From: Gemmatimonadota bacterium
GTDB taxonomy: Bacteria; Gemmatimonadota; Gemmatimonadetes; Longimicrobiales; RSA9
NCBI GenBank assembly: GCA_039715185.1
Contig: JBDLIA010000002.1
Location: 3,361 to 67,360 of the forward strand
Direction of reading: 5' to 3'
DNA length: 64,000 nt
The position numbers and the translations under genes are program-made. Positions within the stretch are counted from its first letter, which is position 1, and every line of letters starts with the position of its first letter. Shown here in pieces: positions 26,842-35,364 of the stretch. The notes beneath the pieces are model-generated. The model ran no database searches and was not told the origin of the DNA. It saw nothing but the letters and a program-made list of their open reading frames with translations.

Positions 26842-28416
26842 TTGAAGCGCGCCGACATGCTGGACCGCCTCGTCGGCCGGGCGGAGCCGTGGGACCTGTT
26901 GGTCGTCGGCGGCGGCGCCACGGGCGTCGGCGTCGCGGTCGACGCTGCGTCGCGGGGCTACGACGTGGCGCTGGTGGAGCAGTCCGACTTCGGTAAGGGC
27001 ACATCGAGCCGCAGCACCAAGCTCATCCACGGCGGCGTCCGCTACCTGCAGCAGGGCAACGTGCCGCTGGTCATGGAGGCCCTCAAGGAACGCGGGATCC
27101 TGCGTCGCAACGCCCCGCACCTCGTATCCGATCTACCGTTCGTCGTGCCCAACTACCTGTGGTGGGAAGCGCCGTTCTACGGTATCGGCATGAAGGTCTA
27201 CGACGCGCTGGCGGGTCGCTACGGGTTCGGCTCGTCGGCCAACCTGTCGCGCGAGGAAACCATCGCGCGCATCCCCACCATCGAGACCGAGGGACTGCGC
27301 GGCGGCGTCATCTACCACGACGGGCAGTTCGACGACGCTCGCCTGCTGATCAACCTGGCCCGCACGGCGGCCGAGCAGGGGGCCGTGCTCCTCAACTACG
27401 CCCGCGTCGTTGCGCTGACCCGCGAAGCGGGCCTGTTCCTGGACGGCGCGCTCGTGCGGGACGAGGAGGCCGGCGAGGAGATCCAGGTGCGGGCCCGCCT
27501 GGTGATCAACGCCACTGGGGCGTTCACCGACGAAGTGCGCCGCATGGATGACGCGAAGGCCGAGCCCATGGTCCGCCCCAGCCAGGGCGTCCACGTGGTG
27601 CTCCCGCGCGAATTCCTGCCGGGTGAGGCGGCCATCATGGTGCCCCACACGGACGATGGACGGGTCCTGTTCGCCATCCCGTGGCACGGGCGCGTGCTGG
27701 TAGGCACCACGGACACGCCGCTCGATGAGGTCTCGCTGGAGCCGCGACCGCTGGCGGAAGAGGTGGACTTCATTCTGGAGCACGCGGTTCGCTACCTGAC
27801 CCGCGATCCGCGTCGAGAGGACGTGCTGTCGGTGTTCGCCGGCATCCGGCCGCTCGTCGCGGCGCAGGACGCGCCCGAGGGGGACACCGCGAAGATCTCG
27901 CGCGAGCACCAGATCCACGTTTCGGCTTCGGGGCTCATGACGGTCGCGGGTGGCAAGTGGACGACCTACCGGAAGATGGCGGAGGACGCGGTCGATCACG
28001 CGGCCGTGATCGCGGAGTTGGAGCCGCGCGAGTGCGTCACCAGGACGCTCAACATTCACGGCCACCACGCCAACGCGGAACGGTTCGGGCCGCTCGCCCT
28101 CTACGGCGCAGACGCACCCGCGCTGCAGGAGCTTCTGGACGAACGGCCGGGATACGCCGAAGCGCTGCACCCCAGGCTACCCGTGCGGACTGGGGAAATC
28201 GCGTGGGGAGCGCGGCACGAGATGGCGCGCACCTTGGACGACGCGCTGGCGCGGCGCACGCGCTCCCTGGTCCTGGACGCGCGCGCGGCGATCGAGGCCG
28301 CGCCCACGGCCGCGCGCGTGCTCGCCGAGGAACTCGAGCGCGGCGACGACTGGGCGAGCGCCCAGGCGGAGGAGTTCCGGGAGTTGGCGCTCGGCTACCT
28401 ACCCGCGGAGTCCTGA
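26842..28416 (+). CDS. glpD: FAD-dependent glycerol-3-phosphate dehydrogenase
   Basis: DLLVVGGGATGVGVAVDAASRGYDVALVEQSDFGKGTSSRSTKLIHGGVRYL is the classic GlpD N-terminus. The length is 524 aa. Confidence 0.9.
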   Translation: MKRADMLDRLVGRAEPWDLLVVGGGATGVGVAVDAASRGYDVALVEQSDFGKGTSSRSTKLIHGGVRYLQQGNVPLVMEALKERGILRRNAPHLVSDLPFVVPNYLWWEAPFYGIGMKVYDALAGRYGFGSSANLSREETIARIPTIETEGLRGGVIYHDGQFDDARLLINLARTAAEQGAVLLNYARVVALTREAGLFLDGALVRDEEAGEEIQVRARLVINATGAFTDEVRRMDDAKAEPMVRPSQGVHVVLPREFLPGEAAIMVPHTDDGRVLFAIPWHGRVLVGTTDTPLDEVSLEPRPLAEEVDFILEHAVRYLTRDPRREDVLSVFAGIRPLVAAQDAPEGDTAKISREHQIHVSASGLMTVAGGKWTTYRKMAEDAVDHAAVIAELEPRECVTRTLNIHGHHANAERFGPLALYGADAPALQELLDERPGYAEALHPRLPVRTGEIAWGARHEMARTLDDALARRTRSLVLDARAAIEAAPTAARVLAEELERGDDWASAQAEEFRELALGYLPAES

Positions 28417-29012
28417 CCGGCCCCCTCGGCCTCCGCCCAGCCCTCCTCGAACGGCCGAAACGCCAGGGGCGGGCGGCCCGTTTCGGTGCACAGGATGGTG
28501 TCCAGATGAGGGTTGTGTTGGGACAGCGCGCGCCTGCGGAAGGGGTTCGGTCGACCATCCCGGTGCCGCTCGAGGTTCAGCGGCGTCCTGGCCCAGGCCG
28601 ACGGGTCGAGACGGACCCGGGGCCGTAGAAACGCGACCAGGTCGTCGGTCGGGACGATCACCCGCGCCCAGCTCAGCCGCACATCGCCCTCGCCTGCGCC
28701 CTTCCGGGGCTCTTTCAGCTCCCTGTACAACGCCTGGAGTCCCCGCGTGCGAGCCCGCACGGATTCCTCACGGAAGGTCTCGTCGAACGCGGCGGCCACC
28801 GATCGCATGGTGTCCAGGTTGCGACCCCACGCCCCCACCTCGCCCTCCATGCGGACGCCCGAGGCGGTCAGGTAACCCTTGAAATAGCGTTCCAGGGCGC
28901 GGTGGGCGGAAAGCGCGGACTCGATCGGGATGCCCGTGAACCAGAGCAGGCGTGCCGCCAGGTAGGCCTCATCCGCGTAGGCCAGCCAGGCCCCCGGAGA
29001 GCGGTCCCTCAA
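28395..29012 (-). CDS. hypothetical protein with a HEPN-like N-terminal helical region, translationally coupled to merR
   Basis: This lies in ORF 28395..29099. I prefer the TTG start at 29012 because it forms a TTGA overlap with the merR stop. AWLAYADEAYLAARLL..ALSAHRALERYFKGYL resembles the first HEPN helices. I see no clear Rx4-6H motif. Confidence 0.45.
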   Translation of the reverse strand: MRDRSPGAWLAYADEAYLAARLLWFTGIPIESALSAHRALERYFKGYLTASGVRMEGEVGAWGRNLDTMRSVAAAFDETFREESVRARTRGLQALYRELKEPRKGAGEGDVRLSWARVIVPTDDLVAFLRPRVRLDPSAWARTPLNLERHRDGRPNPFRRRALSQHNPHLDTILCTETGRPPLAFRPFEEGWAEAEGAGQDSAGR

Positions 29013-29491
29013 GCCGTCTGGCCAACCGCGTTCGAGCGCGGCGGAGGGAAGAGCCGTCCGGCGACCGCTTCCCCAGCGCCAACTGCCGGCCCGAGGCATC
29101 CGCCCTCGGCCAGGTCGTCCAGGTCCACCCTGCAGCCCTCTCCGAAGCAGTCGTCCAGTGCGCCCGCAAGGGCGTCCCGGCGGGACTGCAGTCTAGCGAT
29201 CAGGCCATCCAGCTCGCGCACGTGCTCGCGCGCCACGTCGGCCACGGGATCGCACGCCGAAGGACCGTCGCGCAAAGCCTCGACCACCGTGGTGATCTCG
29301 TCCAGGGAGAAGCCCAGCTTGCGCCAGGAGCGGATCGCGTTCAACTCGCGCAGAGACTGCTGGCCGTAGCGCCGGTAGCCCGAGGCGTCCCTGGGCGGCG
29401 GCCGCAGCAGCCCGCGTCGCTCATAGAAGCGGATCGTTTCGGGCGTGGTCTCGGCGCGGCGCGCGAGCTGCCCGATCAGGTAAGTAGACAT
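29009..29491 (-). CDS. MerR-family (heavy-metal-sensor type) transcriptional regulator
   Basis: MSTYLIGQLARRAETTPETIRFYERRGLL..GYRRY is the MerR helix-turn-helix (HTH) region. Cys80, Cys115 and Cys120 sit at positions like the metal-ligand Cys of MerR/ZntR/CadR-type sensors. Confidence 0.85.
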   Translation of the reverse strand: MSTYLIGQLARRAETTPETIRFYERRGLLRPPPRDASGYRRYGQQSLRELNAIRSWRKLGFSLDEITTVVEALRDGPSACDPVADVAREHVRELDGLIARLQSRRDALAGALDDCFGEGCRVDLDDLAEGGCLGPAVGAGEAVAGRLFPPPRSNAVGQTA

Positions 29492-29498
29492 TCTGCTA

Positions 29499-29565
29499 CG
29501 ACTAAACACTGTAGCGCACTACAAGGCAAGGCCCTTGCTCTGTAGTCGACATCAGGGTCTAGCGT
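29499..29565. promoter_or_regulatory. pair of divergent MerR-type promoters with 19-nt spacers, each containing a TGTAG-N4-C(T/A)(A/T)CA dyad
   Basis: The plus-strand promoter is TTGCTC (29535-40), then 19 nt, then TAGCGT (29560-65). The minus-strand promoter is TTGCCT (reverse complement of 29524-29), then 19 nt, then TAGTCG (reverse complement of 29499-504). The two promoters are near mirror images. Confidence 0.5.
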
Positions 29566-29622
29566 TCGGATCGACCGGCCGACGCGCCGTCGGCTCGGCG
29601 CAACGACAAACGAGGAGAAGCC

Positions 29623-29685
29623 GTGTCTCAGTTCACCAAGCGGGCGGACGATCCCTGCTGCCCGGGATCGCCCTGCGATTGCTGA
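29623..29685 (+). CDS. 20-codon Cys-rich micro-ORF MSQFTKRADDPCCPGSPCDC (candidate metal-binding micropeptide)
   Basis: The GTG start lies 5 nt after GAGGAG (29612-17), downstream of the rightward MerR-type promoter. A 10-bp-stem hairpin follows. The ORF is below the ORF-track size cutoff. Confidence 0.4.
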   Translation: MSQFTKRADDPCCPGSPCDC

Positions 29686-29693
29686 AACGGACC

Positions 29694-29726
29694 CCGCGGC
29701 GTGGCCCCTGGCTGGTCACGCCGCGG
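29694..29726 (+). terminator. hairpin after the micro-ORF, between it and the convergent yfcC-like gene
   Basis: CCGCGGCGTG (29694-703) pairs perfectly with CACGCCGCGG (29717-26). There is no clear U-tract. Confidence 0.4.
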
Positions 29727-29754
29727 CCCGTGCTTCAACCCACCGAGCTCTTCC

Positions 29755-31173
29755 TCAGCCCGTCCAGCCGGTCAGCACCGGCCACACCAGGGCGGCGGCT
29801 CCCAGCAGAAAGAACACGATCTGGAGCGGGAACATCCAGCGCGCCCAGCGCTCCCAGGACACGCCTCCCATGGTGATCGCGCCGATCAGCACCGGGTTGG
29901 TGGGAATGATCATGTTGGTGAAGCCGTCGCCGAGCTGGTAGGCGAGTACCGCGGTCTGGCGGGTGACGCCCACCAGATCGGCCAGGGGCGCCATGATGGG
30001 CATGGTGAGGGCCGCCTGACCGCTGCCCGACGGCACGAAGAAGTTGAGCACCGTCTGAACTCCGTACATCGCCTCGGCGGTCAATACCGGGCCGACGCCG
30101 TCCACCAGCGACGCGGTCGCGTGCAGCAGGGTGTCGATCACCTGACCGTCGTCCAGGACGACCAGGATGCCGCGCGCGACGCCAATGATCACCGCGACCG
30201 ACACCAGGTCGCGCGCGCCCTGCACGAAGCCACCGGAGGTGCCGCCCACCCCGAGCCCGCCGATCAGCCCGACCACGACGCCCACGGCGATGAACAGGCC
30301 GGCGATTTCGTTGATGTACCAGCCGTAGTCGGTGACCCCCACGACCAGCACGACGAGGCCGATGCCGAAGGCCCACAGCACGGCCTTCTCGCGCGCGCCG
30401 AAGGCGCCCAGGGCCTCGTCCAGAGCGCCCGCGGCGTCCTCCGCCATGACCGGCCCGGCCTCCAGCGCCTCCCGCTCGCGGCGCGCCTTCACGCGCCCCG
30501 CATACCACATCACGAACGCGATGGCGACCGTCGTGGTGAGCACCCACAGGCCGAATCGGTAAGCGAACCCGGAGAAAGGGGAGACGTCGGCTATGCCCTG
30601 CGCGACGCCGATGGTGAACGGGTTCATGAAGGCCGCGGCGAAGCCGGCCTGCGACCCCACGAACGGAATGGCTATCCCGGTGATCGCGTCGTACCCCAGG
30701 GAGATCGCCAGCGGCACGAAGATCAGCACGAAGGGAATGGTCTCCTCGGCCATGCCGAAGACCGCCCCGCCCAGCGAGAACAGCGTCATGAAGCCGGGGA
30801 TGATGGCGACGCGCAGCGCGGGAGACGCCTCGGCGGCCGCGGCCAGCCGCTTGAGGCCCGCGTCGATCGCGCCGGTGCGCTGCAGCACCCCGAACGTGCC
30901 GCCCACGATCAGAACGAACCCGATCACGTCGGCGGCCTCGATGAAGCCGCGGATGGGCGCCGTCAGGATCGCCATGAGGCCCTGAGGCGAGCTCTCGGCG
31001 AGGAACGCGAACGAGCCCGGGATGACGACCTCTCGCTCCCCCGCCCCGGGCACGTCGATCACCTCCTTGGCGAACGACCCGGCCGGCACCAGCCAGGTGA
31101 GAATCGCCGCGATTATGACCATCCCGAAGATCAGGACGGTCGTGTCGATCGTGCGCGTGCGGCGTGCGGTCAC
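29755..31173 (-). CDS. YfcC/DcuC-like anion or basic-amino-acid transporter (C4-dicarboxylate anaerobic carrier family)
   Basis: This lies in ORF 29755..31224. The GTG 31173 start forms a GTGA overlap with the upstream stop. The protein is polytopic and Gly/Ala/Val-rich, in a YfcC-like pattern (..FVPSGSGQAALTMPIMAPLADL..). Confidence 0.75.
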   Translation of the reverse strand: MTARRTRTIDTTVLIFGMVIIAAILTWLVPAGSFAKEVIDVPGAGEREVVIPGSFAFLAESSPQGLMAILTAPIRGFIEAADVIGFVLIVGGTFGVLQRTGAIDAGLKRLAAAAEASPALRVAIIPGFMTLFSLGGAVFGMAEETIPFVLIFVPLAISLGYDAITGIAIPFVGSQAGFAAAFMNPFTIGVAQGIADVSPFSGFAYRFGLWVLTTTVAIAFVMWYAGRVKARREREALEAGPVMAEDAAGALDEALGAFGAREKAVLWAFGIGLVVLVVGVTDYGWYINEIAGLFIAVGVVVGLIGGLGVGGTSGGFVQGARDLVSVAVIIGVARGILVVLDDGQVIDTLLHATASLVDGVGPVLTAEAMYGVQTVLNFFVPSGSGQAALTMPIMAPLADLVGVTRQTAVLAYQLGDGFTNMIIPTNPVLIGAITMGGVSWERWARWMFPLQIVFFLLGAAALVWPVLTGWTG

Positions 31174-32036
31174 GCCTCCTCCTCGGCCAGGTGTCGTCGC
31201 AGGAAGTCGATCGTGCGACTCCACGCCAGGCGAGCGGCCTCCTCGTCGTAGCGGGCGGTCGCCGTGTCGTTGTGGAAGGCGTGGTTCACGCCCTCGTACA
31301 TGTGCAGCTCGTAGGTCTTGCCCGCGGCGTCCAGGGCTTCTCGAAACGCCTCGATGCCCGCGTTGATGCGCTGGTCGAGACCCGCGTAGTGGAGCAGCAA
31401 CGAGGCCTGAATCCTGGCCACGTCCTCCGCTGCCGGCTGGCGCCCGTAGAACGCCACCGCCGCGGCAAGCACCCCAGAGTGCACGGCCAGCTGGTTGGCC
31501 ATGGCGCCGCCCCAGCAGAATCCCACGCAGCCCACGCGGCCGCTGGTCTCCTCGTGCTCGGCGGCGAACGTCACGCCCGCCACGAAGTCATCGCGTGTGG
31601 TGGCGGGGTCCAATTCGCGCATGCGCTCGCGCGCTACGTTGGCGTCCTCGGATGTGCCCCCGAGCGGTGATAAGGCGTCGGGCGCGATAGCCCAGAAGCC
31701 GGCGGCCGCGGCCCGCCGGGTGACGTCCTCGATGTGGGGGTTGAGGCCGCGATTCTCATGGATCACGACCACGGCGGGAAGAGGGCCCGGCAGACGGGGA
31801 CGCGCCCGGTAGGCGCGGACCGTCCCGGACGCGCCCTCGTAGGTCACGTAGTCGATCCGGATGCGCCCGTCGTCGCCGGACACGACCGCGCGGTCGTAGT
31901 CGTTCTCGAGGCTGCTCAGCGTGGCCGCGGCGGCGGGCAGACCGCCCACCACGGCTGCCAGGCGCGACAAGAAGCCCGCGCGGGACATGTCCCCGTGGGT
32001 GAACTCGTCGTACAGGTCGATGACGCGCTGGTCCAA
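31170..32036 (-). CDS. dienelactone hydrolase family protein
   Basis: TTG start. The N-terminus DLYDEFTHGDMSRAGFLSRLA is Tat-like, followed by VVVIHENRGLNPHIEDVTRR and the GCVGFCWGG nucleophile elbow. Confidence 0.85.
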   Translation of the reverse strand: MDQRVIDLYDEFTHGDMSRAGFLSRLAAVVGGLPAAAATLSSLENDYDRAVVSGDDGRIRIDYVTYEGASGTVRAYRARPRLPGPLPAVVVIHENRGLNPHIEDVTRRAAAAGFWAIAPDALSPLGGTSEDANVARERMRELDPATTRDDFVAGVTFAAEHEETSGRVGCVGFCWGGAMANQLAVHSGVLAAAVAFYGRQPAAEDVARIQASLLLHYAGLDQRINAGIEAFREALDAAGKTYELHMYEGVNHAFHNDTATARYDEEAARLAWSRTIDFLRRHLAEEEA

Positions 32037-32567
32037 GTCCGACCTCTCTCTCGGGTTTGTGGCGCAGACCCCCTGCCCCTCGCCTCGAGCGAAGGGCTCA
32101 GAGCCCGAGCCAGAGGTTGATTTTGACCATGAATACGTCTTCGGCGGGGCTGTCGAACAGGGCGCCGGCGTCCCGCCGGCTTCCCTGCGTCGCCGACTTC
32201 GACATCTCGTTCCCCGCCCGTGGCGCCGCCACCGGGCTGCTGGGCCCGGGCGTAGCCGGAGTCGGCCGCCACGATGGCGAGCACGGCCGCCACGGACGCG
32301 ATGAAGCCGCGCCTGGCGGACCCCAACCGGTTCGTCGTATCCCTATCCGTCAAAGCCCGCTGGTCGAAAAGAAGCGCTCGCTCGGAGTCGTCCGCGTCCG
32401 GTGGGACCACGCCGAGGCCCTGGGGGGCGCTGCTCGCCGGCGATCGAGCCCCATACGACATCGGGGACGTTCGCGGCACCATGGAAGATAGAGGTGGGTC
32501 GGCGGGAACACACACCGTCTCTCATCGCCCGGCACAACGGGTACGAACCGGAAGGGGATGGACCGGC

Positions 32568-33200
32568 ATGCACGACGGCCTCCAAGTCGGCTCCGATGGA
32601 GTCACCCGGTGCTGGTGGCCGGGCGAAAGCGACGACTACGTCGCCTACCACGACGTCGAGTGGGGCATGCCGGTCACCGACGACCGGCGCCTCTTCGAGA
32701 AGATCACGCTCGAGCTTTTCCAGTCCGGCCTGAGCTGGCTGACGATTCTGCGCAAGCGGGACAACTTCAGGGCGGCATTCGACGGCTTCGACGCGGAGCG
32801 GGTGGCGCTCTACGGAGCGGCGGACGTGGGGCGGCTGCTGGGGGACGCCGGCATAGTGCGGCACCGGGGCAAGATCGAGGCGACCATCAACAACGCCGCG
32901 CGCGTGCTGGAGTTGGCGGCCGAGTGGGGTTCGCTGTCCGCGTACGTCTGGAGCTTCGAGCCGCCCGCCGAGGAGCGGCCGGAGCGGCTCACCTACGACG
33001 TGATCATGACCCTAGGCCAGACGCCCGCGTCGAAGGCGCTCAGCAAGGATCTCAAGAAGCGCGGTTGGCGCTTCTTCGGCCCGACGACGGCGTACGCATT
33101 CATGCAGGCGGCGGGCCTGGTCAACGACCACCTGGAGGGCTGCGCGCTACGGCAGGCCGCGGAGGATGCGAGGCGTGCTCTGGCAGACGCCCGGGCCTGA
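32568..33200 (+). CDS. tag: DNA-3-methyladenine glycosylase I
   Basis: ..RCWWPGESDDYVAYHDVEWGMPVTDDRRLFEKITLELFQSGLSWLTILRKR..FFGPTTAYAFMQAAGLVNDHL..C shows the Tag signature blocks. Confidence 0.85.
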   Translation: MHDGLQVGSDGVTRCWWPGESDDYVAYHDVEWGMPVTDDRRLFEKITLELFQSGLSWLTILRKRDNFRAAFDGFDAERVALYGAADVGRLLGDAGIVRHRGKIEATINNAARVLELAAEWGSLSAYVWSFEPPAEERPERLTYDVIMTLGQTPASKALSKDLKKRGWRFFGPTTAYAFMQAAGLVNDHLEGCALRQAAEDARRALADARA

Positions 33201-33234
33201 TCCGCTCGCTTGGAAGGAGCGTCAATCCGGCGCG

Positions 33235-34716
33235 CTACGAGCGCCGACCGGGTGCCGCGGGCTCCACTTCCTGCCTGTCGGTGAACCTCCTCAGAAGCTC
33301 CTCCACCATCGCTCGTTTCTCGCCGCCCGGCGGCGGTGCCCGTTCTCCCTCGGTCCCGCGCTCGGCGTAAAGGAGCTCGCCCCCCGGCGACACGAGCACC
33401 GAGAGCACAGGCAGAGGGCCGTCGAAGGCGAAGACCGCGAGCATCGAACCCTCCAGATCCAGGATCAGCGCTTCGCCTTCCAGCCAACCCTCGTTGGCCA
33501 GATCCCAGACGGCGAAGCGCCTGGAAACGCTATCCACCGGGAGCGTGAACGCCAAGGGAGTGAGGAGCTCCTCGTGACCCTCCAGCCAGAACCCCCACAC
33601 CGCCACCGATGGAGGCGGAACCAGAGGGGCTCCGACCTCGTCGGCGATCGCCCCTTCGGCCACGGTCAGAATCACCTCTCGGGTCGCCTCCAGGGGCGCG
33701 CTCATCCGCCAGACGATTTGCTCGGGAACGGCGCCGCTCAGGCGCAGCTCCACGGTACTCACGCGCCCTCCCGTCAGCGCCTGTCCCCCCACGATCAGGC
33801 TGTCGGCGGTGGCGGCCGTGTGCAGCGCCGACCTTCCGTCCGCGAAGCTCAGCGCGAAAGTCGTGTCGCGCCCGGGCAGCGGCCGCGCCAACAGCGCGGC
33901 GCGGTCCGCGCTGGTGAGGCGCAGCGTCTGCCGCGAGATCAGGCCCGCGGGAAGCGTCTCCGTGGGCTCCCCCGGCGCGCGTATGGTACCCGAACCGAGA
34001 AGTCGCATGGACCACGAGCGCGACACCATGCGACCGGCCGCGACGTCGACCAGAAACGTCTCCTCCACCGGCCCGCTCACCGCCATGGTCGTGACCAGCC
34101 CGAGCGCGCTGTCGACCAGGAACGCGTCCCGGTAATCGACCTCACCCTCGGACCGAATTCGCGCGATGCGTCCGCCCAGACTGTCGCTGACCTCCCAGAC
34201 CTCCAGGCGCCGCGTGACGGCGTACCGGTGTGATCCGTGTTCGTCCTCCCACGTTTGGCTCAGGGAATCGCGCCAGACGGCGCCCGGGACCAGCGCGGAC
34301 GTGTCGCCGGGCAGGGGCGGCAGGAGATCCCAGCGGCCATCCGGGCCCGCGCCCGGTCCGTTTATCGACAGGACCCGGCCGGTGGGCGCCACCAGGAACG
34401 TGTCCTCCTTCACTTCTCGCGCAGCGTCGAGGGCATGCTGCGCGACGATGCCGGACAGCGCCGCCGGCGGCGCGCGCGTCCATACGTGCGCCTCCACGGC
34501 CGCGTTGTCCCCGCTCCAGCCGAGCGTATCTGCACCCCTCACCCAGTAGAGGCGGAACGGGTTGGTCTTCTCGTACCAGAGGGTGTCGGCCTGAGGAAGG
34601 TAGGCGGCGCTCGGATTACTCGCGGGCTCCGCCTCCTGGGCTGCCGCGGAGCGTGACACCGATGTCAGAATCGCCAGTCCCAGCGCCATCAGGACCCGGC
34701 GCCGGCGCGCGCTCAC
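33235..34716 (-). CDS. secreted hypothetical protein, last gene of the EF-G2 operon
   Basis: This lies in ORF 33235..35040. The GTG 34716 start forms a GTGA overlap with the CAT-like stop and gives MSARRRRVLMALGLAILTSVSRSAAAQ, a signal peptide. Confidence 0.55.
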   Translation of the reverse strand: MSARRRRVLMALGLAILTSVSRSAAAQEAEPASNPSAAYLPQADTLWYEKTNPFRLYWVRGADTLGWSGDNAAVEAHVWTRAPPAALSGIVAQHALDAAREVKEDTFLVAPTGRVLSINGPGAGPDGRWDLLPPLPGDTSALVPGAVWRDSLSQTWEDEHGSHRYAVTRRLEVWEVSDSLGGRIARIRSEGEVDYRDAFLVDSALGLVTTMAVSGPVEETFLVDVAAGRMVSRSWSMRLLGSGTIRAPGEPTETLPAGLISRQTLRLTSADRAALLARPLPGRDTTFALSFADGRSALHTAATADSLIVGGQALTGGRVSTVELRLSGAVPEQIVWRMSAPLEATREVILTVAEGAIADEVGAPLVPPPSVAVWGFWLEGHEELLTPLAFTLPVDSVSRRFAVWDLANEGWLEGEALILDLEGSMLAVFAFDGPLPVLSVLVSPGGELLYAERGTEGERAPPPGGEKRAMVEELLRRFTDRQEVEPAAPGRRS

Positions 34717-35357
34717 GACCAGCGATCCAGCTCGCTCTGTAGCCTCTGCAGGTAGCGCCCCACGTGGAGGCCGTCGACGAGCGCGTGGTGCACTTCGACC
34801 CCGACCGGCATGCGCCAGCGCGCGGCATTCTCCGAGTACGCTCCGAACACGCTTCTGGGAATCGATTCCTGCTTCCCACGGCGCGCGTTCTTGAACGACG
34901 TGAAGTCGAGCCACGGCAGCACCGAGTGGTAGATCAGGTCGTCCCGATCGTGTCGCGGCTCCAGCGGACCCGCTGCGGCAGCGACGCGCTCGAGGTCCTG
35001 CCGACCCGCCGAGTGGAACTCCTCGAAGTCCTCCGCCCACTCGAAGTACGCGAAGCCGAACGTGTCGTTCGCGCTTCGCACGGCGCTGCCCGCGCCAACG
35101 AAGTCGTGCTGCCAGATGCCGTCGGGCCTGAGCCGCTGTTTGAATTCCGGCACGGCGTTCGCTGCTCGCATGGACGCGAACAGCGTGCCGAGAAAGAACG
35201 AGGGACCGGCCTCTACTTTCGAAGCGAGGTAGAGGCCGGTCACGTCGACCGATACGGTCAGCGAAAAAAAAGGATCCGCGTAGTCTCTGAACAGCGCATA
35301 CTGCGATCGCCGCGGATAGGTATCCAGGGCGACGAGGTGCCCAGCGGGTCCGCTCAC
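34713..35357 (-). CDS. chloramphenicol-acetyltransferase (CatA)-family acetyltransferase
   Basis: ..VEVHHALVDGLHVGRYLQRL.. corresponds to the CAT catalytic block VQVHHAVCDGFHVGR. The length is 214 aa. Confidence 0.8.
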   Translation of the reverse strand: MSGPAGHLVALDTYPRRSQYALFRDYADPFFSLTVSVDVTGLYLASKVEAGPSFFLGTLFASMRAANAVPEFKQRLRPDGIWQHDFVGAGSAVRSANDTFGFAYFEWAEDFEEFHSAGRQDLERVAAAAGPLEPRHDRDDLIYHSVLPWLDFTSFKNARRGKQESIPRSVFGAYSENAARWRMPVGVEVHHALVDGLHVGRYLQRLQSELDRWS

Positions 35358-35364
35358 GATCGGC

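Noticed and set aside
31916-32515. A track ORF of 199 aa overlaps the dienelactone hydrolase start.
   Set aside because: Only its N-terminal Tat-like segment looks real (see the finding at 32037-32567). The remainder is Arg/Pro-rich and out of frame with a well-supported gene.
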